A stretch of DNA of 64,000 bases from Gemmatimonadota bacterium (GCA_009837395.1 VXTP01000015.1:297986-361985), one strand, 5' to 3'; counted from the stretch's first letter, positions 44,300 to 53,851 are shown. Translations and numbers: made by a program. Notes: generated by a model not told the origin, from the letters alone.

Positions 44300-45216
44300 C
44301 ACGTTCCTATGATTTCTGCCGCGCAGTCGCGAAATCTAGGGCGAAGAACTTCTACTATTCCTTCCTCGTCCTGCCGGCCGTAAAAAGGCGGGCCATGTGC
44401 GCGGTCTACGCCTTCATGCGCTACTGCGACGATATCGTCGACGAGGAGTCCGGGGAGGCCGGGACGGTGGACCGTCAATCCCAGCTGAAGGTCTGTCGCG
44501 AGATCCTGGACAGCGCTTACGACGGGATGCCGGCCGGAGACGGCGCCTTTGCCGGGTCGCCGGGCGGAACGCCGGGTGGGTCGCCGGGCGGAACGCCGGG
44601 CGAAGACGGCATGTTGCCGGCGTTCAGCGACACGGTGCGGCGGTTCGACATCCCCAGGGCGTACTTCAACGCCATCATCGACGGCGCGGAAATGGACCTT
44701 ACCGTGACACGATACGCCACCTTCGCGGACCTGTACCAGTACTGCTACCGCGTGGCTTCCGCCGTCGGACTGGTGTGCATACGCATCTTCGGATACCATG
44801 GTGATGAAGCCGAGCGGTACGCCGAGTCCTGCGGCATCGCCTTCCAACTGACCAATATCCTCCGCGACATCCGGGAAGACGCCGGGATGGGCCGCGTATA
44901 CCTGCCGCAGGAGGATCTCGACGCCTTCGGGTACCCGGAAGAGCACCTGCGGAACGGACTGTTCAACGACACGTTCCGGCGGCTGATGGGTTTCCAGGTG
45001 GAACGGGCCAGGAGCTTCTACGACGAGGCGCTGCCGCTCCTTCCGCTCGTTCAACCCTCGAGCCGGGCGTGCCTGGCGACGATGATCGGCATCTACCGGG
45101 CATGCCTCGAGGAAATCCCCCGCCGCCAGTACGACGTCTATAGCCAGCGCATCGGCCTGTCCCCGTGGAAGAAACTCTCCATCACGGCCCGGGCGCTGAT
45201 CCGAAAGCGCGTATGA
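44287..45216 (+). CDS. hpnD: presqualene diphosphate synthase HpnD
   Basis: 309 aa with NFYYSFLVLP..KRRAMCAVYAFMRYCDDIVDE, a phytoene/squalene synthase signature. It overlaps hpnC by 13 nt and contains a duplicated GSPGGTPG insert. Confidence 0.85.
   Translation: MDSLARSYDFCRAVAKSRAKNFYYSFLVLPAVKRRAMCAVYAFMRYCDDIVDEESGEAGTVDRQSQLKVCREILDSAYDGMPAGDGAFAGSPGGTPGGSPGGTPGEDGMLPAFSDTVRRFDIPRAYFNAIIDGAEMDLTVTRYATFADLYQYCYRVASAVGLVCIRIFGYHGDEAERYAESCGIAFQLTNILRDIREDAGMGRVYLPQEDLDAFGYPEEHLRNGLFNDTFRRLMGFQVERARSFYDEALPLLPLVQPSSRACLATMIGIYRACLEEIPRRQYDVYSQRIGLSPWKKLSITARALIRKRV
44554..44601. repeat. in-frame 24-bp tandem duplication in hpnD encoding GSPGGTPG twice
   Basis: gggtcgccgggcggaacgccgggt followed by gggtcgccgggcggaacgccgggc, 23/24 identical. 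Confidence 0.95.
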
Positions 45217-46649
45217 CCCAGGCAATCGTCATCGGAGGAGGGCTGGCCGGACTGGCCGGCGCGGTCGCACTGGCCGATGCCGGCTTACAGGTCGAACTGT
45301 ACGAAAGGCGTCCGATCCTGGGCGGCCGCGCCACCTCCTTCATCCACCCGTCGAGCGGCGAAAGGGTGGACAACTGCCAGCACGTGCTCCTGGGCTGCTG
45401 CGTCAACCTCCTCGACTTCTACACGCGCCTCGGCGTCGCGGAACACATCGATTTCCACGAGGACATCCCGTTCATCGACGAATCCAGCCGGGTCTCGGTC
45501 ATCGGGCCCTCGGCGCTCCCGCCGCCCCTGCACCTGTTTCCATCGTTCCTGCGGCTGAAAACCATGGGCATCCGGGACAAGCTGTCCATCGTCCGCACCG
45601 TGGCCGGCATGATTCGCCACGTTGCCAGACTACGGAGAACCGGCGATCCGGCCGTGGAGCCAACCCCGGTTTCCATGGCCGCCTGGCTCAAGGCCCACGG
45701 GGCAACGGACCGGGCCGTCGAAGCCTTCTGGAAACCCTTCCTGATCAGCGCGCTGAACGACGAACTGGACGACATCGATGCCGACTACGGAATCGGAACG
45801 GCCGTCCGGGCCATGCTGCTTAATCGCAGCGGATACGAGGTGGGACTGCCCGCCGTTCCGCTGGGGGATCTTTACGCGCCCTGCATAGACTACATCGAAC
45901 AGCGGGGCGGCCGCGTGGTATTCAACCGGGGGGTTACCGGCATTTCAGTCCACGACGGCGAAGTGGCCTCCATCTCGCTGCAGGACGGTTCGTCTGTCGA
46001 AGCCGGGGCTTACCTTTCGGCCCTGCCTTTCGACGTCCTGTGCAAGCTGCTTCCTCAAAGCAACGCCTCGGATCCCTACTTCTCGATGCTGGACGGGCTG
46101 TCGGTTTCGCCCATCACGGCCGTGCACGTCTGGTTCGACCGGCCCGTGACGGAACTGGGCTACGCCGCGGTGATCGGCCGGAGGATACAGTGGATATTCA
46201 ACCAGTCCAGCCGGCACGCCGGCGCCTTCTCCGCGGATAACGGCGGCGCCTATCTCGGCCTCGTGGTCAGCGCTTCCGATGACTGGATGAAAACGCCCCG
46301 GCAGGTCATCATCGACCAGGCCATGGAAGACCTCGAATCCCTCTTGCCCGCCGTGCGCCAGGCCAAACTGCTCAAGGCCATCGTCGTCAAGGAGGGCCGG
46401 GCCACCTTCGCGCCCCGTCCCGGCTGCGACGCGCTGCGCCCCGGTCCTTCCAGTCCCCTTGCCAATTTCTCCATCGCCGGCGACTGGGTGCAGACGGGCT
46501 GGCCGGCGACCATGGAAAGCGCCGTGCGCAGCGGTTACCAGGCCGCCGAGGTCCTGTTGCGGGCCCGGGGCGTCCGGACGCCCATCCTGAAACCCGACCT
46601 CCCCGCAGAGGGCCTGATGAAGTGGGTTACGGGACTGCGGGGCTTCTGA
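45213..46649 (+). CDS. hpnE: hydroxysqualene dehydroxylase HpnE (FAD-dependent)
   Basis: 478 aa with the N-terminal FAD fold AIVIGGGLAGLAGAVALADAG..ELYERRPILGGRA. Its start overlaps the hpnD stop as ATGA. It is the third gene of the canonical hpnCDE order. Confidence 0.85.
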   Translation: MTQAIVIGGGLAGLAGAVALADAGLQVELYERRPILGGRATSFIHPSSGERVDNCQHVLLGCCVNLLDFYTRLGVAEHIDFHEDIPFIDESSRVSVIGPSALPPPLHLFPSFLRLKTMGIRDKLSIVRTVAGMIRHVARLRRTGDPAVEPTPVSMAAWLKAHGATDRAVEAFWKPFLISALNDELDDIDADYGIGTAVRAMLLNRSGYEVGLPAVPLGDLYAPCIDYIEQRGGRVVFNRGVTGISVHDGEVASISLQDGSSVEAGAYLSALPFDVLCKLLPQSNASDPYFSMLDGLSVSPITAVHVWFDRPVTELGYAAVIGRRIQWIFNQSSRHAGAFSADNGGAYLGLVVSASDDWMKTPRQVIIDQAMEDLESLLPAVRQAKLLKAIVVKEGRATFAPRPGCDALRPGPSSPLANFSIAGDWVQTGWPATMESAVRSGYQAAEVLLRARGVRTPILKPDLPAEGLMKWVTGLRGF

Positions 46650-46662
46650 CCGCTACGACACC

Positions 46663-46691
46663 TTGACCCTCTTTTGTACTTCCGTTATATT
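46663..46691 (+). promoter_or_regulatory. candidate sigma70-type promoter for the sugar-phosphate isomerase gene
   Basis: TTGACC (46663-46668), a 17-nt spacer, then TATATT (46686-46691), about 75 nt upstream of the ATG at 46766. This is a pattern match only. Confidence 0.4.
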
Positions 46692-46765
46692 TCGAACAGT
46701 ATCCATTCCGGTATCTGTCCGCACCGTTTCCCATTCGTAAGGATCTATCCGAAAGAAGGATCTCT

Positions 46766-47533
46766 ATGCCCGCCAACCTGCTTGCGTGCCGAACGGCAAG
46801 CTACGGAAAGTTCAGTGAATCCGCCTATGCCCATCTGCCCACGACCGGCGTTCACCACGTGGAAATTGACGCACCCGCGCCGGACCAGGTCGCCGGGGTC
46901 AAGTCCAGGCTCGAAGATCACGGGCTTTCGGCCAGCAGCCTGCAGTGCCCGGTGGAGATCCAGTACGACGACGTGGACGCGCGGCTGACCCCGCACCTGG
47001 ACGCCGCCGCGGCCCTGGACGCCGGCGTGCTTTTCGTAAGCGTCCAGGCCGGGGAACTGGATAAGCGCGTGGTTTACGAGCGATTGCACCGTTGTGGCGC
47101 AAAGGCCGCCGGATACGGGATCACCATCGGCATGGAAACCCATCCCGACCTGATCACCAACGCGGCCGTCGCCACGGAGACCATGCGCGGCGTCGACCAT
47201 CCCAACGTCCGCGTGAACTACGACACGGCCAACATCCACTACTACAACCGGGACGTGGACCACGTCGACGAGATGGAAAAGGTCATCGACTATATCGGCA
47301 GCATGCATCTCAAGGATACGGACGGTCAATACAAGACCTGGTGCTTTCCCACTTTCGGCGAGGGCATCGTCGATTTCAAGACGGTATTCGACCGGCTGAA
47401 CGCTCACGGGTTCCACGGACCGTTCACCATGGAAATCGAGGGCGTGGAAGGGGAATCGCTCAACGAAGAGGAGACCTGCCGGCGCGTTGCGGATTCGGTG
47501 GCGCACCTGCGGAGCGTCGGATGTGACGTGTAG
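46766..47533 (+). CDS. sugar phosphate isomerase/epimerase (xylose isomerase-like TIM barrel)
   Basis: 255 aa with the AP_endonuc_2-type motifs (GMETHP, NYDTANIHYY, MHLKD, TMEIEG). GAAGGA RBS. Confidence 0.85.
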   Translation: MPANLLACRTASYGKFSESAYAHLPTTGVHHVEIDAPAPDQVAGVKSRLEDHGLSASSLQCPVEIQYDDVDARLTPHLDAAAALDAGVLFVSVQAGELDKRVVYERLHRCGAKAAGYGITIGMETHPDLITNAAVATETMRGVDHPNVRVNYDTANIHYYNRDVDHVDEMEKVIDYIGSMHLKDTDGQYKTWCFPTFGEGIVDFKTVFDRLNAHGFHGPFTMEIEGVEGESLNEEETCRRVADSVAHLRSVGCDV

Positions 47534-47547
47534 GAAGCGGGGCGTCC

Positions 47548-48081
47548 ATGCCTGAACAACAGCTCCGGATGATGCGCCCCGACCTGGAAGACCTGCCGGA
47601 AATCAGCGTGCCGGACGGGTATGCGCTGAGGACCTACCGGCCCGGCGACGAAGCCGCCTGGTCCGAGATCATGAACACGGGCATCGGGACGGACTGGACG
47701 GCGGAGAAGTGCCGCAAAGAGCTGACGGAAACGGAACCGTTCATGGCGGACGGGTGTTTCTTCGCAACACGATCGGGGGTCGCCGTGGCCACGGCCTGCG
47801 CCTATGACGTCCAGCCCCAAGGCATAAGCGCCGCGCAGGTTCACATGGTATGCGCGAAACCGTCCCACCGCGGAAAGGGACTGGGCCGCCTCGTTACCCT
47901 GGCCGTGCTCCATTACATGCGGGAGCGCGGCTACGCCGCCGCTTTTCTGGGTACGGACGATTTCCGCGTGCCGGCCGTCAAGACCTATCTCGGACTGGGG
48001 TTCATTCCCGACTATATCGAGGACAGTCACCGATCGCGCTGGTCCGCCGTGTTCGCGAAAGTCGGGGAACAACCGTCCTGA
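47548..48081 (+). CDS. GNAT-family N-acetyltransferase
   Basis: 177 aa. Has the acetyl-CoA binding loop HRGKGLGRLV and the length and pattern of a GNAT fold. Confidence 0.8.
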   Translation: MPEQQLRMMRPDLEDLPEISVPDGYALRTYRPGDEAAWSEIMNTGIGTDWTAEKCRKELTETEPFMADGCFFATRSGVAVATACAYDVQPQGISAAQVHMVCAKPSHRGKGLGRLVTLAVLHYMRERGYAAAFLGTDDFRVPAVKTYLGLGFIPDYIEDSHRSRWSAVFAKVGEQPS

Positions 48082-48205
48082 ACCACGACAGGCTCGATTG
48101 TCCCGTGCCCGTGGCCAATCAACATGACGCGAACGACCGCGTGCAAACCAAAACCTTCGACACGGACTTACGCTATGCAATGTATATCCCGCTGTATATT
48201 CAGCC

Positions 48206-48257
48206 GCATATCAGGCCGCGCCCGTAAATCAAACCACGACTGCATATCAGGCCGCGC
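48206..48257. repeat. 16-bp direct repeat (period 36) upstream of the OM beta-barrel gene
   Basis: gcatatcaggccgcgc occurs at 48206-48221 and at 48242-48257. Confidence 0.9.
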
Positions 48258-48273
48258 GACGTATCCCGCGTAC

Positions 48274-49014
48274 ATGACGGCCCTGGCCGTCCTGGCCGTC
48301 CTGGTCGGCCTGGCGCGGACGGCCCCGGCCAACGCGCAGGACGCGGAGATCGTGGACGTGCCTCCCGTCGTCATCACCGGGTTCGGCATCCTCGGCGGTT
48401 TCCCGACGGGCGAGTTCGGGGAGAACGTCAAGAACCCGGGGATCGGCATATCGGGATACGTGGGCTACATGATCCCCCGGACGCCCGCGGTGATCGGCCT
48501 GGACCTGGGCTACCTGATTTACGGCCACGAGCGGCGCACAGAGCAGTTCAGCCTGACGATCCCCGATGTCCTCGTCGGCGTGGTCACCGAGAACAACATC
48601 TTCTCGATGAACGCCTTTCTCCGCCTGCAGACCACTCCCGCCCCGCTGCGTTTTTACGTAGAAGGCGTCGTGGGCTTCCACTACCTTTTCACCAGCACGA
48701 CGATCGAGGACCTCCCCCGGTTCAGCGGCGAGGATATCGCCAGTTCCACGAACCTCGACGACTTCGCCTTTACCAAGGGCGTGGGCGGCGGCGTCCTGAT
48801 CGAAGTCTGGAACGGCGGCGAGGACCGGACGCCGCAGAACCGCAGCCTGCGGTCCGTTTCCCTGGAACTCAGGATGCGCTACCACGACGGCTCGGAAGCG
48901 GATTACCTGAAGCGGGGCGATATCGTCCGCAGGGCGGGTTCGGCCGAACTCAACATCACCAAGTCGACCACCGATCTCATTACGGCCCATTTCGGACTCG
49001 CGATCGACTTCTAG
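48274..49014 (+). CDS. putative outer-membrane beta-barrel protein
   Basis: 246 aa from the ATG at 48274. It has a signal peptide ending ANAQD, alternating amphipathic beta-strand patterns and a C-terminal aromatic residue (GLAIDF). Confidence 0.55.
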   Translation: MTALAVLAVLVGLARTAPANAQDAEIVDVPPVVITGFGILGGFPTGEFGENVKNPGIGISGYVGYMIPRTPAVIGLDLGYLIYGHERRTEQFSLTIPDVLVGVVTENNIFSMNAFLRLQTTPAPLRFYVEGVVGFHYLFTSTTIEDLPRFSGEDIASSTNLDDFAFTKGVGGGVLIEVWNGGEDRTPQNRSLRSVSLELRMRYHDGSEADYLKRGDIVRRAGSAELNITKSTTDLITAHFGLAIDF

Positions 49015-49047
49015 CCTGGACCAACACCCCACATCCGGAGGTTTAGG

Positions 49048-50388
49048 ATGATCCAGAACGATTACGAAATCGAAAGCATACCGGAATCGGCGTGGCAGGT
49101 GTCCCGCCGATCGTTCATAAAACGGCTGGCCGGCGGGATCGCCGCGGGCGGCGCCCTGGTCTACGGCACTTCCGCCTCCGCATCGCCGAAGATTGACGCG
49201 CCCCAGGATCTTGAAACGGCGGTCTCGGACACGGATCCCGGCGACGAACGGTACTGGCACGCGGTCCGTAGCCAGTTCCTCCTCCGGGACAACCTGGCGC
49301 TGATGAACGCCGCGAACCTTTGCCCGTCGCCCTATCCGGTGATGGAGTCGGTCTTCAAGTACACCCGCGACCTGGATTACGACGCGTCGTTTCACAACCG
49401 GACCAAGTACCGGCAGATCAGAGAAGACACGCGAGAGAAGATGGCGCGCCTCCTGGGCGCACACCCCGACGAGATCGCGCTGGTGCGGAACACGAGCGAG
49501 GCCAACAACGCCATCAGCACTGGCTTCCACCTCGGGGCGGACGACGAGGTGCTGCTCTCCGACCTGAACCATCCCTCGAACAGACATGCGTGGGAGGTCA
49601 AGGCCAGGCGGTACGGCTTCAAGATCAACTACGTGACGGTCCCCGTGATTCCCGGCAGCGAGCAGGAAATCATCGATGCCTTCGACCGGGCGTACACCCC
49701 GGCGACGAAGGTCATGTCCTTCACGCACGTCTCCAACACCACCGGGCTGACCATGCCGGCCAAAGCGCTGTGCGCGGCGGCGCGGTCCCGCGGCGTGTTC
49801 TCCCTGGTCGACGGCGCCCAGAGTTTCGGCGCCCTGGAGATCGACCTCGCCGATATGGGCTGCGACGCCTACTCCGGCAGCGCCCACAAGTGGTTTATGG
49901 GGCCGAAGGAGGTCGGCGTGCTCTACGTCCGCAAGGACAGCCAGGACGCAGTCTGGCCGGCCATCGTGAGCGCGGGCTGGCGGGATGAAGTGGAGGGAAG
50001 CGCGCGCAAGTACGAGGTCCTCGGACAGCGGGACGATGCGGCGCTGACGGCCACGGGACGGGGCGTCGAGTTCCACGAGAAGATCGGGCCCGCCCGGGTG
50101 GAGGCCCGCATGCGCCAGGTGGCCACGGCCATCAAGGAAGGGCTGTCCGGCCTGCCGGGCATCGAGCTCAGAACTTCCATGGACCCCGTGCTTTCCGCCG
50201 GCGTCGTCATCTTCAAGCCGGGCGAACTCGATCCGCGCAAGGTCTTCGACAAGCTCTATACGACGTACCATATCGCCGGTGCGGGCATGGGACCCAACGT
50301 CCGGCTTTCTCCCCACATTTACAATACCCTCGACGAGGCGGACCGCGCCGTTACCGCGGTCGCGGAGATGCTGAGGGACGGGGTCTGA
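49048..50388 (+). CDS. class V aminotransferase-fold PLP enzyme with a twin-arginine signal peptide
   Basis: 446 aa. It has the Tat motif SRRSFIK followed by a hydrophobic stretch and ASA. The PLP-lysine context is SGSAHKW. GGAGG RBS. Confidence 0.85.
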   Translation: MIQNDYEIESIPESAWQVSRRSFIKRLAGGIAAGGALVYGTSASASPKIDAPQDLETAVSDTDPGDERYWHAVRSQFLLRDNLALMNAANLCPSPYPVMESVFKYTRDLDYDASFHNRTKYRQIREDTREKMARLLGAHPDEIALVRNTSEANNAISTGFHLGADDEVLLSDLNHPSNRHAWEVKARRYGFKINYVTVPVIPGSEQEIIDAFDRAYTPATKVMSFTHVSNTTGLTMPAKALCAAARSRGVFSLVDGAQSFGALEIDLADMGCDAYSGSAHKWFMGPKEVGVLYVRKDSQDAVWPAIVSAGWRDEVEGSARKYEVLGQRDDAALTATGRGVEFHEKIGPARVEARMRQVATAIKEGLSGLPGIELRTSMDPVLSAGVVIFKPGELDPRKVFDKLYTTYHIAGAGMGPNVRLSPHIYNTLDEADRAVTAVAEMLRDGV

Positions 50389-50426
50389 GCCTACCCGCCG
50401 GTGCAGGCCCACCGCCTGACGGGCCC

Positions 50427-51911
50427 ATGTCAAAACGAAGCGCCGCCGTCATACTCTATGCCGCGCTGCTCATCGCGAGCGTGCTGCAGGTATTCCAGTC
50501 GATCGTCATTGCCCATTTCTTCGACCCGGAATACCTGGCGCCCTACCGCTATGGCATCCTGGCGGCCGGATTCGCCTACCTGTTCGCCACCGGACTGATC
50601 GAGAGCGTCTTCTTCTTCATTTCGGGGAAATACGCCCCGGACGCCCGCAGGTACGTGGGGAACACCCTGGTCAGCTGCACGCTGATCTTCCTGGTCCTCC
50701 TCCTGCTCTTCGAAGGCGTGCTCGACCCCTATGTGCTCATCCACACGGAACTGGGGCCCTATCTCCGGGAGATCGGCGCCTATCTCCTGATTGCCCTGTT
50801 CCTCTTCGTCAACATGACCGCCCACAACGCCCTGGTCGGTAGCGGCCACACGGCCGCCGCCAGCGCCCTGCGCGTGTTCCAGTACCTCCTGCGCATCCTG
50901 GCCATCGCCGGCGCGCTGTTCTCGGGCCTGATCGCGGCCATCCACCCCCTCATCCTGCTGATCGTCGTCCTCGAAGGGATCCAGTCCCTGCTCTACGGAC
51001 TCGTCCTGCTCAACAGGAAGTTGCTGTCCTTCCGGCTTCGGGGCATCGAGACCCGGGCCCAGTACCGCTACGCCTTCGGGCTGGGCGTCGCGGGATTCAT
51101 CCCCTTCATCAACGGGAGCCTGGACAAGATCATGATCAGCGCCTTCCTGGGCGCCTCCAGCTTCGCGATCTACAGCGTGTCGGCCATCGAACTGCCCATT
51201 GCAACCATCCTGATGAGCGTGTTCGGTTCGGTGCTCTTTTCCACCTACGTGGGATACGCCGAAAGCGGCGATCACTCATCCATGGCGGCCCTGTGGCGCA
51301 AGTGTTCCAAATACGGCATGATCGTCATCGTCCCCGCGGGGATCTTCGTCTTTCTTTTCTCGGATGTGCTGTACCGGCTCATCCTCCCGGACGCCTACTT
51401 CGAGGGCCACCGGGTCCTCGGCATCTACGCCCTGCTACTCCTGCTCCGCTTCAACAGCCCGGACGTCCTCGCCCGGGCCCTCAACCGGAACGCGATCATC
51501 GTCCAGGCCGCCACCGCCATGCTGATCGTCAACGTCGCGGGCAACCTGGTGTTCATCAATACCTTCGGCCTGTGGGGCGCGGCCCTGGCCACCCTGTGCG
51601 GGACCGCCGCGGGATGGATCTACTACCTGGCCCGCTACGCCCGACTGCTGAAGCAACCTGTAAGCGCGCTCCTCCCCTGGAAGCCGTATGTAAGTCTGGT
51701 CGTCACTTCGGCGGGCTTCTTCGGTGCGGCGCGTTGGACCTTCGACCGGGTCGAGGTCAGCGCCGTCCCGGTCATCCTGGGCGCCGCCCTAGTCATCCTG
51801 GGCGCCGCCGCCTACCTCTGGTACGCGTTTTCCTTGCTGGAGAAACCGGAGAAGGCGTTCGTTCGGGACCTGGCGAGGAAGATGGGCGTTCCGCTTCGAC
51901 CTACGGACTGA
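50427..51911 (+). CDS. polysaccharide biosynthesis protein / MOP-superfamily flippase (Wzx-like)
   Basis: 494 aa with about 12-14 TM helices and no soluble domains. Its position at the head of a glycosyltransferase cluster supports the call, which is based on topology and context. Confidence 0.6.
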   Translation: MSKRSAAVILYAALLIASVLQVFQSIVIAHFFDPEYLAPYRYGILAAGFAYLFATGLIESVFFFISGKYAPDARRYVGNTLVSCTLIFLVLLLLFEGVLDPYVLIHTELGPYLREIGAYLLIALFLFVNMTAHNALVGSGHTAAASALRVFQYLLRILAIAGALFSGLIAAIHPLILLIVVLEGIQSLLYGLVLLNRKLLSFRLRGIETRAQYRYAFGLGVAGFIPFINGSLDKIMISAFLGASSFAIYSVSAIELPIATILMSVFGSVLFSTYVGYAESGDHSSMAALWRKCSKYGMIVIVPAGIFVFLFSDVLYRLILPDAYFEGHRVLGIYALLLLLRFNSPDVLARALNRNAIIVQAATAMLIVNVAGNLVFINTFGLWGAALATLCGTAAGWIYYLARYARLLKQPVSALLPWKPYVSLVVTSAGFFGAARWTFDRVEVSAVPVILGAALVILGAAAYLWYAFSLLEKPEKAFVRDLARKMGVPLRPTD

Positions 51912-51920
51912 TCTTTGAAT

Positions 51921-52868
51921 ATGAATCCTACCGAGCCTCACGTAACGATCGTCATACTCAACTGGAACCGGGAAGCGGATACGCTGGAGTGCCTGGATTC
52001 CCTGGCGCGAATGAATTACCCTTCCTTTTCAATCGTGGTCGTGGATAATGGCTCGACCGACGGCTCGCCCGAGGCCATCGAGCGGTGGGGATGTGAGCAC
52101 CTGCCCTTGACGCTGATCCGCAACGGGGAAAACAGGGGATTCGTCCGCGGCAGCAACCAGGGCATGCGCCATGCCCTATCCACAGACACCGAGTACGTGT
52201 TCCTGCTGAACAACGACACGGTCGTGGAGCCCGACGCACTTTCGTTACTCGTCGAAACGGCGGAACGCTCCGGCGAACGCTCCGGCCAATGCCCCGGCGA
52301 ACGCTCCTGCGATATCGGCATGGTGGGTCCGAAGATCTACCAGTACGGAAAGGACAACGTGCTCGACAGCGCCGGTACCCGCGCCATCTGGTGGCTGGCC
52401 CAGGGATTCCTGATCGGACATGGTGAAGACGACCGGGGCCAGTACGACAATCCCGGCGAAATGCCCTATGTCACGGGAACGGCGCTCCTGGTGAAGCGCG
52501 CCGTCCTGGAGAAAATCGGACTGATGGACGAGGACTATTTCTGTTATTTCGATGACTTCGACTGGGGACTGAAGGCGCGGAAAGCCGGTTACAGGCTGCT
52601 TTTGGTGCCAGAGGCCGTTGTCCACCACAAGGGGTCGCAGACTGCCGGTTTCAATAGTCCGTTCTACGTGTATCACATGGTACGAAGCCGGATTCTCTTC
52701 GCGAGAAAAAACGTGCCGCTTCTACTGTATCTGTTCGCGTTCCTGCCCTACCTTTTTCTGTATCGTTATCTTCGGCCGGCGGCGCTCCTTCTCGTACATC
52801 GAAAATGGTCCCATCTTCGATCGCTTCATCGTGGACTACATGAAGGGTTCAAGAAACCGGTCAACTGA
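51921..52868 (+). CDS. family 2 glycosyltransferase
   Basis: Has the GT2 N-terminus VTIVILNWN...VVVDNGSTDGS, then ENRGFVRGSNQG and a DED/DxD region (MDEDYFCYFDDFDW). The ATG at 51921 is preferred to the TTG at 51915. Confidence 0.9.
   Translation: MNPTEPHVTIVILNWNREADTLECLDSLARMNYPSFSIVVVDNGSTDGSPEAIERWGCEHLPLTLIRNGENRGFVRGSNQGMRHALSTDTEYVFLLNNDTVVEPDALSLLVETAERSGERSGQCPGERSCDIGMVGPKIYQYGKDNVLDSAGTRAIWWLAQGFLIGHGEDDRGQYDNPGEMPYVTGTALLVKRAVLEKIGLMDEDYFCYFDDFDWGLKARKAGYRLLLVPEAVVHHKGSQTAGFNSPFYVYHMVRSRILFARKNVPLLLYLFAFLPYLFLYRYLRPAALLLVHRKWSHLRSLHRGLHEGFKKPVN
52259..52307. repeat. in-frame 12-bp tandem repeat (4 units) in the GT2 gene encoding ERSGERSGQCPGERS
   Basis: The units are ggcggaacgctcc, ggcgaacgctcc, ggccaatgcccc and ggcgaacgctcc. 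Confidence 0.9.
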
Positions 52869-52886
52869 AGGACGAATACTCAAACG

Positions 52887-53795
52887 ATGAACGATTACAC
52901 ACAGAAAACCAGGGAATGGCTCGACGCCAGATTCAGGCAGACGGATAGCCGTGGTGTCTATTTCGCCCATCAGCCAATCTATGGATTCCGATTGGGGCAT
53001 AGTGAAAAAAGCCTGCTGCACCGTTATATTATCACTTATCACATCATGAATATGCTATCCCACTTCAGTTTCAAAAGTCTCATCGATGTTGGTGGAGCGG
53101 AGGGATATAAAGGCGCGATGGTAAAACATCTGTTCAACGCGGACGTAAAAAGCTGTGATTTGTCTCAAGAAGCATGCAACCGAGCGAATGAGATCTACGG
53201 AATGGATACTCAAGCCATAGATGTTCACGACCTGCCTTTTGAATCAGATTCCTTTGACATCGTACTGTGCAGTGAGGTGCTGGAACATGTACAGGAGTTC
53301 GAAACGGCCGTGGAGCAATTGGTTCGAGTATGCAGGAAAGCCGTTGTCATTACGCTTCCGCATGAATCCATAAAGCATGTCGAAAAACACAGTACTCAAC
53401 CGCATTCTCATCTACGAACTTTTGACTTGAAATCACTTGATTACATTGAATCAAGCGGGTTTAAGATCACGCGACAAAAACTGAACAATCCGTTTATAAA
53501 ACCACTAGGTGTCCTCGTGGAAGCAATGCCGCGTAACCCCAGTCAATTCAAGACTTTGTGGAATCTTTACAACCGCTCATTGCCTTTGTTGCGAGTCCTG
53601 TTTGGGCAACGTTCGATGGGGTTTTTAATCCACCTGGATAGCTATGCCAGTCGCGTTATGTCCTCCTACAATAGTATGATGTTTGTAATATTAAAGGACA
53701 CGACCGCATACTCCACACGTCCATTAAAACAAATCAGAAGCAGCCATATAGTAGACTTTGCGGTGCCGTACCATTATGTTCGTAACCACACGTAA
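52887..53795 (+). CDS. class I SAM-dependent methyltransferase
   Basis: 302 aa. Motif I is LIDVGGAEG, followed by an acidic residue (SCDLS) and the motif FDIVLCSEVLEHV. The gene lies in the AT-rich island. Confidence 0.8.
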   Translation: MNDYTQKTREWLDARFRQTDSRGVYFAHQPIYGFRLGHSEKSLLHRYIITYHIMNMLSHFSFKSLIDVGGAEGYKGAMVKHLFNADVKSCDLSQEACNRANEIYGMDTQAIDVHDLPFESDSFDIVLCSEVLEHVQEFETAVEQLVRVCRKAVVITLPHESIKHVEKHSTQPHSHLRTFDLKSLDYIESSGFKITRQKLNNPFIKPLGVLVEAMPRNPSQFKTLWNLYNRSLPLLRVLFGQRSMGFLIHLDSYASRVMSSYNSMMFVILKDTTAYSTRPLKQIRSSHIVDFAVPYHYVRNHT

Positions 53796-53851
53796 CACCT
53801 ATATCGCCGATAGAAGTTACGTCACACCGGTTGAAAAGAAAAACAAGCAAT

